Source of the DNA: Pseudomonadota bacterium
GTDB lineage: Bacteria > Pseudomonadota > Alphaproteobacteria > Acetobacterales > Acetobacteraceae
Direction of reading: 5' to 3'
Assembly (NCBI GenBank): GCA_021815825.1
Contig: JAKAZO010000005.1
Span: forward strand, 5,790-69,789
Length of the DNA: 64,000 nt
The stretch's first letter is position 1, and the number at the start of each line of letters is the position of its first letter. Positions 39,788-48,886 of this stretch are shown piece by piece. The translations under genes and the position numbers were made by a program. Under the pieces are notes generated by a model. The model did not search any database. It worked only from the letters and a program-made list of their open reading frames with translations, and was not told where the DNA came from.

Positions 39788-40501
39788 ATGGCCTCCCCCG
39801 TCCGCCTGTTCATGCCGGCACCTTTCTCCGCCGGCGCCGAGCTGCCGCTCGACGCGACCCAGGCGCACTATCTCGGCACGGTGATGCGGCGCGGCGCCGG
39901 GGGCGAGGTGCATCTGTTCAACGGCCGCGATGGCGAGTGGGCGGCGGAGATCGTGGCCCTCGCCCGCGGCGCGGGCCGGCTGCAGGTGCGCCGTCAGCTC
40001 AGGCCGCAGGCGGCGGAGCCGGACATTTGGCTGGCCTTCGCCCTGCTCAAGCGACACGCCGTCGATCTGGTGGTGCAGAAGGCGACCGAGCTCGGCGTGG
40101 CCCGGCTGCTGCCGGTGATCACGGCGCGATCGATCGCCGAGCGGACCAATCTCGACCGGCTGCGCGCCATCGCCATCGAGGCGGCGGAGCAGAGCGAGCG
40201 GCTGAGTGTACCCGAGATCGCGCCGCCCCAGACATTGGCGGATCTGCTCCGCACGTGGCCGGCCGGGCGTCGCCTGACCGCCGCGGTGGAGCGGGCCGCG
40301 GCACCGGCGCCAGCCCCGGCCGGCGCCGCTCCGGCCGGGCTCCTGGTTGGACCGGAGGGCGGTTTCACACCGGCGGAGCTTGACGCGCTGCGCGCGCACC
40401 CCTTTGTTGAAAGCGCCTCGCTCGGCCCCCGCATCCTGCGCGCGGAGACCGCTGCCATCGCGGGGTTGGCGCTGCTTGCGGCGTCATCCCCAACCAACTG
40501 A
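39788..40501 (+). CDS. rsmE: 16S rRNA (uracil1498-N3)-methyltransferase
   Basis: RsmE-type N-terminus (RLFMPAP...L....HYL..VMR) and the C-terminal SPOUT motif GPEGGFTPAEL. Confidence 0.8.
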   Translation: MASPVRLFMPAPFSAGAELPLDATQAHYLGTVMRRGAGGEVHLFNGRDGEWAAEIVALARGAGRLQVRRQLRPQAAEPDIWLAFALLKRHAVDLVVQKATELGVARLLPVITARSIAERTNLDRLRAIAIEAAEQSERLSVPEIAPPQTLADLLRTWPAGRRLTAAVERAAAPAPAPAGAAPAGLLVGPEGGFTPAELDALRAHPFVESASLGPRILRAETAAIAGLALLAASSPTN

Positions 40502-40520
40502 CCGCGAGACCCAGAGCCAG

Positions 40521-41894
40521 ATGTCCAATCCGGGCGAAGCCGACGACACTCCGATCACCAGCCGGCGCCAGCTTGCCGAGTATCTCGAGGCGGGCTGCAA
40601 GCCGCGTGAGGCGTGGCGGATCGGCACCGAGCATGAGCGCTTCGGCTTCCGCCGCACCGATCTCTCGCCGCCGCCCTACGAGCCGGACGGGATCCGCGCC
40701 ATGCTCGAAGGACTGGCGGCGAACGGCTGGGAGCCGATCCTCGACCAGGGCCGGCTGATCGGCCTCAAGGGCACGTCGGCGCGCGCCGGCGCGGCGGTCT
40801 CGCTCGAGCCGGGCGGGCAGCTCGAGCTCTCCGGCGGGCTGATGCCGACGCTGCACGACACCGCGGAGGAGTTCGACTCCTTCTTCGCCGAGACCCGCGC
40901 CGTCGCCGCGCCGCTCGGCCTCGGCTTCGCCCCGCTCGGCTTCCATCCCTTCGCGACCCGCGACGCCATGCCCTGGATGCCGAAGAGCCGCTACGCCATC
41001 ATGCGCCGCTACATGCCGCTCAAGGGCCGTCTGGGGCTCGACATGATGCTGCGCACCTGCACCGTGCAGGTCAATCTGGACTTCGCCTCGGAGGCCGACA
41101 TGGTGCGCAAGCTGCGCGTCGGCCTCGCGCTGCAGCCGCTGGCCACGGCGCTGTTCGCCAACTCGCCCTTCATCGAGGGCCGGCCGACCGGCCTGCTCTC
41201 CAATCGCGCGCGGGTCTGGACCGATACGGATCCGGACCGCACCGGCATTCCGGCGGCGATGTTCGATCCCGGCTTCGGCTTCGAGCGCTATGTCGAGTGG
41301 CTGCTCGACGTGCCGATGTATTTCATCCAGCGCGGCGGCGCCTTCGTCGATGTCGCCGGGGCGTCCTTCCGCGCCTTCCTCGATGGCCGCCTCCCCGGCC
41401 ACCCGGGCGAGACCCCGACGATGGGGGATTTCGCCGACCACATCACCACGGTCTTCCCTGATGTCCGCCTCAAGCGCTTTCTCGAGATGCGCGGCGCGGA
41501 CGCCGGCTCGCCGGCGATGATGCTGGCGCAGTCGGCGCTCTGGACCGGACTGCTCTACGATGACGCGGCGCTGGCGGCGGCGGCCGCGCTCGTCGCGGAA
41601 CGGCCATGGACCGAGTTCGCCGCGTTGCGGCCCCTGGTGCCGCATCAGGGGCTCGCCACGCCGTGGCGGAGCGGCACGCTGCGCGATCTCGCGCGCGATG
41701 TCGTCGCCATCGCCGCCGAGGGCCTGCGCGCCCGCGCACGGCTCTCGCCGCGCGACGCGGATGAGGGTATATTTCTCGCGCCGCTGGAGGAGATCGCGGC
41801 GGGCGGCCCAACGCAGGCCGAACGCTGGCTTCAGCGCTACCATGACGTGTGGGACGGTCAGGCGTCCAAGATTTTCCTGGAGGCAGAAACCTAA
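40521..41894 (+). CDS. gshA: glutamate--cysteine ligase (plant/alphaproteobacterial GCS2 type)
   Basis: WRIGTEHERFGF...LSLEPGGQLELSG...CTVQVNLDF are GCS2-family motifs. Start reset to ATG 40521. Confidence 0.85.
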   Translation: MSNPGEADDTPITSRRQLAEYLEAGCKPREAWRIGTEHERFGFRRTDLSPPPYEPDGIRAMLEGLAANGWEPILDQGRLIGLKGTSARAGAAVSLEPGGQLELSGGLMPTLHDTAEEFDSFFAETRAVAAPLGLGFAPLGFHPFATRDAMPWMPKSRYAIMRRYMPLKGRLGLDMMLRTCTVQVNLDFASEADMVRKLRVGLALQPLATALFANSPFIEGRPTGLLSNRARVWTDTDPDRTGIPAAMFDPGFGFERYVEWLLDVPMYFIQRGGAFVDVAGASFRAFLDGRLPGHPGETPTMGDFADHITTVFPDVRLKRFLEMRGADAGSPAMMLAQSALWTGLLYDDAALAAAAALVAERPWTEFAALRPLVPHQGLATPWRSGTLRDLARDVVAIAAEGLRARARLSPRDADEGIFLAPLEEIAAGGPTQAERWLQRYHDVWDGQASKIFLEAET

Positions 41895-42012
41895 GGTGCC
41901 GCTACCGGATGTTGCATCGGCTCTTGCGAAAACAATCGAATTCAGCCTTTATTGCCGCATGTTGCATCAGGTGGAAGCGCCGACTCGGCCTCGCGCCGAT
42001 CCCGACACCGCA

Positions 42013-43983
42013 ATGACCGCCCCCGTGACGGCGCCCGTGCTGCGCCTCTGGCTCATCGGGAGCATGAGGGTGCTCGATGCGGACGGTCAAAGCCGTCTGC
42101 CAGCGGGGCGCAAGACGCGCGCGCTGCTGGCCATGCTCGCGCTCTCGGCGCCGCGCGCCTGTTCGCGCACACGCCTCGCCGAGACGCTCTGGAGCCGCCG
42201 GCCGGAAGAACAGTCCCGCGCCTCGCTGCGCCAGGAAATTCACCGCCTCATCAACGCGCTCGGTGACACCGCCGAGCAGGTGCTGACGATCTCGCGCGAG
42301 CATGTCAGCCTGCGCGCCGATCGGGTCTGGGTGGACGCGGCGGACGTCATGAACGCCAGCCCGGATGCGCCGGACCGGCTCGCCCTCCTGCACGACCGCC
42401 TGCTCGACGAGTTGGACGGGCTGGATCCCGCGTTCGATTCCTGGCTCACAACGGAGCGGACCCGGTTGCGCAGCGCCGCGCGGCGCGTGGGTGAGGCCGT
42501 GCTGCTGGCGCAGAACGCGCCGGAACGGGTGGCAGCCGCGGCACGGCAGCTCATCACCATCGATCCGCTGCACGAGGGAGCGTGGCAGGCGCTGATCCGC
42601 AGCCATGCCGAACGCGGCGAGCGCGGCCTCGCCATCGAGGCGTTCGAGCAGTGCCAGGCCACCTTGTCGGAGCGCCTCGGGGCGACGCCGGCGGAGGAAA
42701 CCCAGCGGCTGGTGCGCGCCCTGCGGCTCGAGCCCACGTCGCCGCTCGCCGTCGCTCCGGCGGCGCCGAGGCGCGTCGGCGTCGCCGAAGCGCACGGAAT
42801 ACCGCGCCTCGGCGTGCTGCCGCTTCGTCTCGCCGGCGGCCGCGACGACGATTCCTTCGCCGCCGGCCTGCTGACCGAGCTGACCACCTCGCTCGCGCGC
42901 TGCGACCTGTTCAACCTCGTCCCCGGCGATACGGCGGTGCCGCACTCCGGTCCCGCCCTCGACTTCCTGCTCGACGGCATGCTGCAGCCGGCCGGAGACC
43001 AGATCCGCGTCACCTTGCGTCTCGCCGACCTCGCCGGCGGCGGACGGCTGATCTGGGCGCGGCGGTTCGATTACCCCGTGGCCCAGCCTCTCATCGTCGG
43101 GGAGGAGATCGCCGCGCGCACCGCCGCCGAGATCGAGCCCGAAATCCTGATGGCCGAAGCCCGCGATGCCAGCGAGGACGATGCCCACGCGAGTTCGGGC
43201 CGGGCGTTGATGCTGCGCGCGGTGGCGCTCATCACGCGCCCCGATCAGGACGGGCTCACCCGCGCCGGCGACCTGCTCGCCGCCGCCATCGCCAGCACGC
43301 CCGACAGCGCCCAGGCGCACGCCTGGTACGCTCTCTGGCAAGTGATGATGGTCAGCCAGGGCTGGGCCAGGGATCGCGCCGGCGCCGCGCGCCATGCCCT
43401 CGCGCTCGCCGAACGCACGGTGATGCTGGAGCCGAACCAGCCCACCTGCCTCACCATCGCAGGCCATGTCCGGGCCCTGGTCGAGCGTCGGCTGCCCGAG
43501 GCGATGGCGCTGCACGAGCGGGCGCTGGGGCGCAACCCGAACCATGCGATGGCGTGGAATCTCTCCGGCATCGCCTGCCTCTACCAAGGCGACCTCGCCG
43601 AGGCCGAGCGACGCCTGGCCCGCTACAAGACGCTGGCCCCCCTCCATCCGCTGGCCTTCATGCTCGACACTGGGTTCGTGCTGCTGGCGCTGCTCAAGCA
43701 CGATTATGCGGCGGCAGCGTCGGCGGGACGCGGCGTCTGCGGCATCAACCCGCCGCTGGTCTCCTCCGGCCTGCCCTGCCTCGCCGCGCTCGGCCATCTC
43801 GGGCAGACCCAGGAAGCCGCGACCCTGCGCCGCCGCCTGCTCGGCCTCGATCCGGCACTTTCGGTGCAGACCTACCTGCGCTCCACCCCGTTGCGCCCCG
43901 CGGACGCGGAATGCATCGCCGATGGGCTGCGGCGCGCCGGGCTGCCCGAGGGCGAATTCGTCATGGAGAGCCGGGCCAGCTGA
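42013..43983 (+). CDS. BTAD/SARP-type winged-helix transcriptional regulator with C-terminal TPR-like domain
   Basis: The N-terminus LRLWLIGSMRVLDADG...RKTRALLAMLAL...LAETLW resembles an OmpR/SARP DNA-binding domain. It is followed by a BTAD region (...IDPLHEGAWQALIRSHAERGERGLAIEAFEQC). An alternative ATG lies at 41959. Confidence 0.7.
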   Translation: MTAPVTAPVLRLWLIGSMRVLDADGQSRLPAGRKTRALLAMLALSAPRACSRTRLAETLWSRRPEEQSRASLRQEIHRLINALGDTAEQVLTISREHVSLRADRVWVDAADVMNASPDAPDRLALLHDRLLDELDGLDPAFDSWLTTERTRLRSAARRVGEAVLLAQNAPERVAAAARQLITIDPLHEGAWQALIRSHAERGERGLAIEAFEQCQATLSERLGATPAEETQRLVRALRLEPTSPLAVAPAAPRRVGVAEAHGIPRLGVLPLRLAGGRDDDSFAAGLLTELTTSLARCDLFNLVPGDTAVPHSGPALDFLLDGMLQPAGDQIRVTLRLADLAGGGRLIWARRFDYPVAQPLIVGEEIAARTAAEIEPEILMAEARDASEDDAHASSGRALMLRAVALITRPDQDGLTRAGDLLAAAIASTPDSAQAHAWYALWQVMMVSQGWARDRAGAARHALALAERTVMLEPNQPTCLTIAGHVRALVERRLPEAMALHERALGRNPNHAMAWNLSGIACLYQGDLAEAERRLARYKTLAPLHPLAFMLDTGFVLLALLKHDYAAAASAGRGVCGINPPLVSSGLPCLAALGHLGQTQEAATLRRRLLGLDPALSVQTYLRSTPLRPADAECIADGLRRAGLPEGEFVMESRAS

Positions 43984-44015
43984 GCCGCGGGCAGCGCGAC
44001 GGCCAGGGCCGCCGG

Positions 44016-44054
44016 GTCAGCCCCCTGGCGTGTCAGCCCCCTGGCGTGTCAGCC
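44016..44054. repeat. 16-bp tandem direct repeat (2.4 copies)
   Basis: GTCAGCCCCCTGGCGT GTCAGCCCCCTGGCGT GTCAGCC lies in the convergent intergenic gap. Confidence 0.85.
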
Positions 44055-44119
44055 GTCACATCGCCCATGAAATCGGTCGAGCGATCTGGCGCCGAGGAGG
44101 ATTTCCCGCGCACCAGAGC

Positions 44120-45262
44120 CTATCGCACGGCCCCGGCTGCGCGCAGCGCGGCGATCTCGGCGGGCGCGAAGCCGGCCGCCGCGAGCACCGCATCGGTCGC
44201 CGCGCCTGGCGCCGTGGGCGGCATCGGGGGCGCTGCCGCGCTGCGCGAGAAGCGCGGCGCCGGCGCCGGCTGGGTGACGCCACCAAGCTCCAGGAATGCC
44301 TCCCGCGCGCGGGCATGGGGATGGGACGCCGCCTCCGACAGCGACAGCACGCCGGCGACACACGCGTCGGTGCCCTCAAGCATCGCGCACCATTCGGCGC
44401 GCGTGCGGGTGGCGAAGAGTCCGGCCAGCCGCGCGCGCAGCGCCGGCCACGTGGCGCGATCGTACTGCCGCGTGACGAACTCCGGCTCGAGCCCGATGCG
44501 GGCGGCCAGTTCGGCGAAGAATTTCGGCTCCAGCGCGGCGACGGAGACGAACGCGCCATCGGCGGTGGCATAGGTGTCGTAGAATGGCGCGCCGCCGTCG
44601 AGCAGGTTCTCGCCGCGCGTCTCGCGCCAGCGCCCGGCCGCCAGCCAGGCAAAGAATGGCGCCATGAGCAAGGCCGCGCCGTCCACCATCGCCGCGTCCA
44701 CCACCTGCCCCCGGCCCGACTGGCCACGCTCGAGCAGGGCGGCCAGGATGCCGACGACCAGGAACATGGTCCCGCCGCCATAGTCGCCGACCAGGTTGAG
44801 CGGCGGCACCGGCCGATCCCCGGCCCGACCGATGCCGTGCAGGGCGCCGGCGAGGGAGATGTAGTTCAGATCGTGCCCGGCCGCCTGCGCCAGTGGCCCG
44901 GTCTGGCCGAACCCGGTCATGCGCGCGAACACCAGACGCGGGTTGCGCGCGTGGCAGGTCTCCGGGCCGAACCCGAGCCGCTCGGCGACGCCGGGGCGAA
45001 ACCCTTCGATCAGCACGTCGGCGCCATCGAGCAGACGGAGCAGAACGGCCAGTCCCTGCGGCTGTTTGAGGTCGAGCGCGATCCGCCGGCGGTTGCGCAG
45101 CACCACGTCCTGCGCCGGGGCGAGCGCCAGTGCGCCGTGCTCGGTCTCGGTGCGATCGACGCGGATCACCTCCGCGCCCAGATCGCCGAGCAGCATCGCC
45201 GCCAGCGGTCCAGGCCCGATGCCGGCCAATTCGATGATCCGCAGCCCGGCCAATGGCCCCAT
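44120..45262 (-). CDS. type III (CaiB/BaiF) CoA-transferase family protein, alpha-methylacyl-CoA racemase-like
   Basis: LAGLRIIELAGIGPGP...LIEGFRPGV...GHDLNY motifs. Start reset to ATG 45262. Confidence 0.8.
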   Translation of the reverse strand: MGPLAGLRIIELAGIGPGPLAAMLLGDLGAEVIRVDRTETEHGALALAPAQDVVLRNRRRIALDLKQPQGLAVLLRLLDGADVLIEGFRPGVAERLGFGPETCHARNPRLVFARMTGFGQTGPLAQAAGHDLNYISLAGALHGIGRAGDRPVPPLNLVGDYGGGTMFLVVGILAALLERGQSGRGQVVDAAMVDGAALLMAPFFAWLAAGRWRETRGENLLDGGAPFYDTYATADGAFVSVAALEPKFFAELAARIGLEPEFVTRQYDRATWPALRARLAGLFATRTRAEWCAMLEGTDACVAGVLSLSEAASHPHARAREAFLELGGVTQPAPAPRFSRSAAAPPMPPTAPGAATDAVLAAAGFAPAEIAALRAAGAVR

Positions 45263-45358
45263 CGCGCCCTCCCCGCGCCGCCGCGCGCGCCTCTGTCGAA
45301 CGATGCGGCAGGGCGCTACACTCGGGGCAAAGGAAACGCCAGGCAAGGGACCGAACCG

Positions 45359-46522
45359 ATGGACACGCACCCCGACCGCACCGCCACCCCTGCCCGCCCG
45401 GTGATGACGGCGGGCCACGAGCAGTTCCGCGAGCAGGTGCGGCGCTTCGTCGAACGCGAGATCGTGCCCCATCACCGCCAATGGGAGCATGACGGCATCG
45501 TGCCGCGGGCGCTGTGGCAGGCGGCCGGGGCGCACGGGCTGCTGTGCTGCACCCTGCCGGAGGAATATGGCGGCGCCGGCGCCGATTTCGGCTATTCCGC
45601 GGTCGTCGTCGAGGAGTTGGCCCGGGCCTCCGCCTCCGGCGTCGCCTTCCCGCTGCATTCGGACATCGTGGTGCCCTATATCGCCCGCTACGGCGACGAG
45701 GCACAGAAGCGGCGCTGGCTGCCGAAGATGGCGGCGGGCGAAATCATCACCGCGATCGCCATGACCGAGCCGGGCACGGGCAGCGATCTGCAATCGATCC
45801 GCACCACCGCGCGGCGCGAGGGCGGGGAGTATGTCATCAACGGCCAGAAGACCTTCATCAGCAGTGGCCAGAATTGCGGCCTGGTCATCGTCGTCGCCAA
45901 GACCGACCCATCGAAGGGCGCCAAGGGCACCAGCCTGATCTGCGTCGAGGAGGGCACCAAGGGCTTCGTCAAAGGCCGCAAGCTGGAAAAGATCGGGCGC
46001 CACGCTGCCGACACCTCTGAGCTGTTCTTCGAGGATGTGCGCGTGCCGGTGGCCAACCGGCTCGGCGAGGAGGGCCAGGGATTCCGCTACCTGATGCAGG
46101 AACTGGCGCAGGAGCGGCTGATCATCGCCCTCGGTGCCGCCGCGACGATGGAAACGATGCTGGCCGAGACGATCGCCTATACGCGCGAGCGCACCGCCTT
46201 CGGCACCAAGGTGTTCGATTTCCAGAACACCCGCTTCAAGCTCGCCGAGGCCAAGGCGCAGGCGTCGATGTATCGCATCTTCGTCGATCACTGCCTGGCG
46301 CTGCATCTGGAGCGCCGCCTCACGCCGGATCTCGCCGCCGCCGCCAAACTCAACGGCACCGACATGCTCTGCCGCCTGCTCGATGATTTTCTGCAGATGC
46401 ACGGCGGCTACGGCTATATGAGCGAATACGCGATCGGCCGCGCCTGGGCCGATGCGCGGGTCGGGCGCATCTACGGCGGCAGCAACGAGATCATGAAGGA
46501 AATCATCGCCCGCACCCTGTAA
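45359..46522 (+). CDS. acyl-CoA dehydrogenase
   Basis: ACAD motifs: TEPGTGSDL, a C-terminal QMHGGYGY, and a catalytic-base region YGGSNEIMKEIIAR. Start reset to ATG 45359. Confidence 0.85.
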   Translation: MDTHPDRTATPARPVMTAGHEQFREQVRRFVEREIVPHHRQWEHDGIVPRALWQAAGAHGLLCCTLPEEYGGAGADFGYSAVVVEELARASASGVAFPLHSDIVVPYIARYGDEAQKRRWLPKMAAGEIITAIAMTEPGTGSDLQSIRTTARREGGEYVINGQKTFISSGQNCGLVIVVAKTDPSKGAKGTSLICVEEGTKGFVKGRKLEKIGRHAADTSELFFEDVRVPVANRLGEEGQGFRYLMQELAQERLIIALGAAATMETMLAETIAYTRERTAFGTKVFDFQNTRFKLAEAKAQASMYRIFVDHCLALHLERRLTPDLAAAAKLNGTDMLCRLLDDFLQMHGGYGYMSEYAIGRAWADARVGRIYGGSNEIMKEIIARTL

Positions 46523-46554
46523 CCGATGGCATCGAAGGGACGCAGAGCACGCCG

Positions 46555-47484
46555 ATGACCCCGCTGACCCGCCGCACCGCGCTGTTCGGCGCCTGCGCCT
46601 GCTGTGCGCTGGCGACGCGGCGCACCGCGGCGGCGGCGACCGATTTCACCGAAATCGCCCCGGGCATGTTTTTCCGCCGCGGCCTGGACGCCGAGGCGAG
46701 CGCCACGAACGCGGACGCCATCGCCAATACCGGCTTCATCGTCGGCGCGGACTCCGTCGCTGTGATCGATCCGGGCGGCAGCCTGGCGGATGGCCAGGCG
46801 CTGCGCGCGGCGATCGCGGCGCATACGACGCGGCCGGTGCGCTTCGTCGTGCTCTCCCATGTCCATCCCGACCATATCTTCGGCGCCGCCGCCTTCACCG
46901 AGGGGGCGCCACGCATCGTCGGCCATACCCGCCTGCCCGCCGCGCTGGGGACGCGCGGCGAGTATTACCGGCGCCACCTCGCCGAACTCCTCGGCGCCGA
47001 GGCGGCCGGCTCGGTCGTCACCCCGAACCTGCTGGTGACGGACACGCAGACGCTCGATCTCGGCGACCGGCGCCTCACCGTCCGCGCCCATCGCCCCGCG
47101 CATACGGACACCGACCTGACATTGTTCGACGCGCAGACCAGCACGCTGATCACCGCCGACCTGCTGTTCATCGGCCGGGTGCCCTCGTTCGACGGCGACC
47201 TCAAGGGCTGGCTCGCCGAGCTCGACAGCCTCGCCGCGATCCGCGCGGCGCGCGTGGTCCCCGGCCACGGGCCGGTGACGACGGACTGGCCGGCGGCGGC
47301 GGCGGACCTTCGCCGCTACCTGAACCTCCTGCTCAGCGAGACGCGCGCCGCGATCGCCGCCGGCGTGCCGATCGAGCAGGCCGCCACCCGCGTCGCCGCG
47401 ACCGAGCGCGGGCGCTGGGCGCTGTTCGACGACTACAATCCACGCAACGTTCTCACCGCCTATCACCAGCTCGAATGGGAATAG
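46555..47484 (+). CDS. periplasmic metallo-beta-lactamase-fold zinc hydrolase (quinoprotein-relay-type, by recollection)
   Basis: Tat-like signal (TRRTALFGACACCALA) and the HVHPDH (HxHxDH) motif. It is followed by genes for a SoxYZ-like and a rhodanese-like protein. Confidence 0.65.
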   Translation: MTPLTRRTALFGACACCALATRRTAAAATDFTEIAPGMFFRRGLDAEASATNADAIANTGFIVGADSVAVIDPGGSLADGQALRAAIAAHTTRPVRFVVLSHVHPDHIFGAAAFTEGAPRIVGHTRLPAALGTRGEYYRRHLAELLGAEAAGSVVTPNLLVTDTQTLDLGDRRLTVRAHRPAHTDTDLTLFDAQTSTLITADLLFIGRVPSFDGDLKGWLAELDSLAAIRAARVVPGHGPVTTDWPAAAADLRRYLNLLLSETRAAIAAGVPIEQAATRVAATERGRWALFDDYNPRNVLTAYHQLEWE

Positions 47485-47497
47485 AGGAGCGCCCGAG

Positions 47498-48304
47498 ATG
47501 ATCTCACGCCGTGACCTGCCGCTGCTGCTGCTCGGGGGCACGATCGTCGCCGCCCGCCCGGCATGGGCCGACGACGACGAGGACAAGCGCGCCGCGCGCT
47601 GGAAAGAGGTCCGCGAGGCCGTTTTCGGCGACCGCGCCATCGGTGACGGCAGTGGCGTGATCGGGCTCGAAGCGCCGCCGCGCGCCGAGGATGCCGCCCT
47701 CGTGCCGGTCGCGCTTCTGGTCAACGATCCGGCCCGCGTCAGCGGCGTCTATCTGGTCATCGACGGCAATCCGGGGCCCCTCGCCGCACATGTCCATTTC
47801 GGCGCCCTCGCCGATCCGCGCCGGCTGACGCTGCGCGTGCGCGTCGATCAATATACCGACATGCACGCGGTGGCGGAGACGCGGAACGGCGAGCTGTTGG
47901 CGGTCAGCCGCTTCGTCAAGGCCGCCGGCGGCTGTTCGACGCCGATGGGCTCGCAACTCGATGCGTCGCTCTCCGATGCCGGCTTCATGCGGCTGCGGCT
48001 GATCGGTCCGGTGGTGCCGGGCCATCCGATCCAGGCGCTGCTGATGGTGCGACACCCGAACTTCAACGGCATGCAGATGGACCCCGTCAGCCGCAACTAC
48101 ACGCCGGCGCGCTTCATCCAGACCGTCGATATCGGCTTCGAGGGCCAGCCGGTGCTGCGCATGGACAGCGACATCTCCCTCGCCAGCGATCCGGCGATCG
48201 GCTTCGGCTTCACGCCGCCGAAGGCCGGGAAGCTCACCGTCGCCGTGCGCGACAGCTCCGGCGCGGCCTGGCATGAGGCGTTCGATGTCGCGCCGCTTTC
48301 CTGA
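47498..48304 (+). CDS. SoxY-SoxZ fusion-like sulfur-carrier protein
   Basis: AGAGGAG lies upstream of the ATG, and a signal peptide is present. An internal GGCS motif (FVKAAGGCSTP) matches the SoxY carrier Cys. The SoxZ-like segment MVRHPNFNGMQMD follows. Confidence 0.65.
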   Translation: MISRRDLPLLLLGGTIVAARPAWADDDEDKRAARWKEVREAVFGDRAIGDGSGVIGLEAPPRAEDAALVPVALLVNDPARVSGVYLVIDGNPGPLAAHVHFGALADPRRLTLRVRVDQYTDMHAVAETRNGELLAVSRFVKAAGGCSTPMGSQLDASLSDAGFMRLRLIGPVVPGHPIQALLMVRHPNFNGMQMDPVSRNYTPARFIQTVDIGFEGQPVLRMDSDISLASDPAIGFGFTPPKAGKLTVAVRDSSGAAWHEAFDVAPLS

Positions 48305-48818
48305 GCTTGCCGCGCTCGCCTTCACGGCGTTCCTGATCGCCGCCGGACCGGCCACCGAGGAACCGCCGGGGCCCTGGACCGGCGACCCGCACGCGCCGCT
48401 GCCGGCGAGCATCGCTGGCGGCGGCGTCATCCACACGGACGCGCTGCGCGCCCTGATCGCCTCCGGCACGCCGCTGCTGCTCGATGTCGCCGCCCGCGCC
48501 GAACGCCCCGAGGGCCTCGCGCCGGGCAATGCCTGGCTGCCGCCGGCACACCGCGACATCGCGGGCAGCGTCTGGCTGCCCGGGTTCGGCCGCGGCGTGC
48601 TGGCAGCCGGCGAGGCGGACGGGTTCCAGGCCCGCGTCGCCGCCCTGGCCAACGGCGACCACGACCGCACCATCGTCGTCTATTGCCACGAGCGCTGCTG
48701 GCTGAGTTGGAACGCGGCGCGACGGCTCATCGATGCCGGCTGGCACCATGTGCTCTGGTACCCCGAGGGCGTCGAGGGGTGGGAAGGTGCCGGCCAGGCG
48801 CTCGCCGCGACGCGCTGA
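48273..48818 (+). CDS. periplasmic rhodanese-like protein with CxxxCW motif
   Basis: A signal peptide, then VVYCHERCWLSWNAARRL in the rhodanese active-site-loop position. The start could be at 48273 or 48285 and overlaps the upstream gene. Confidence 0.6.
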   Translation: MRRSMSRRFPELAALAFTAFLIAAGPATEEPPGPWTGDPHAPLPASIAGGGVIHTDALRALIASGTPLLLDVAARAERPEGLAPGNAWLPPAHRDIAGSVWLPGFGRGVLAAGEADGFQARVAALANGDHDRTIVVYCHERCWLSWNAARRLIDAGWHHVLWYPEGVEGWEGAGQALAATR

Positions 48819-48886
48819 GGCTCTGTCCCGTTGCCGGATCGAACAACTTTTTCCGATCAGCCGGGTCCGTCCGATGGCCTCTTGCT

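Noticed and set aside
44016-44054. Tandem repeat considered as a CRISPR array or minisatellite
   Set aside because: It has only 2.4 contiguous copies of a 16-mer with no spacers, and no cas genes are in the window.
43466-46522. Apparent very large proteins created by N-terminal over-extension of real genes. Examples are 43466-46522, 44120-46402, 53724-56579, 50531-52618, 27480-29336, 14361-15461, 10761-12506, 36903-38207 and 52951-54819.
   Set aside because: Only the C-terminal parts show family homology. The N-terminal extensions are low-complexity and overlap neighbouring genuine genes. Internal ATG/GTG/TTG starts with sensible spacing or coupling were used instead.
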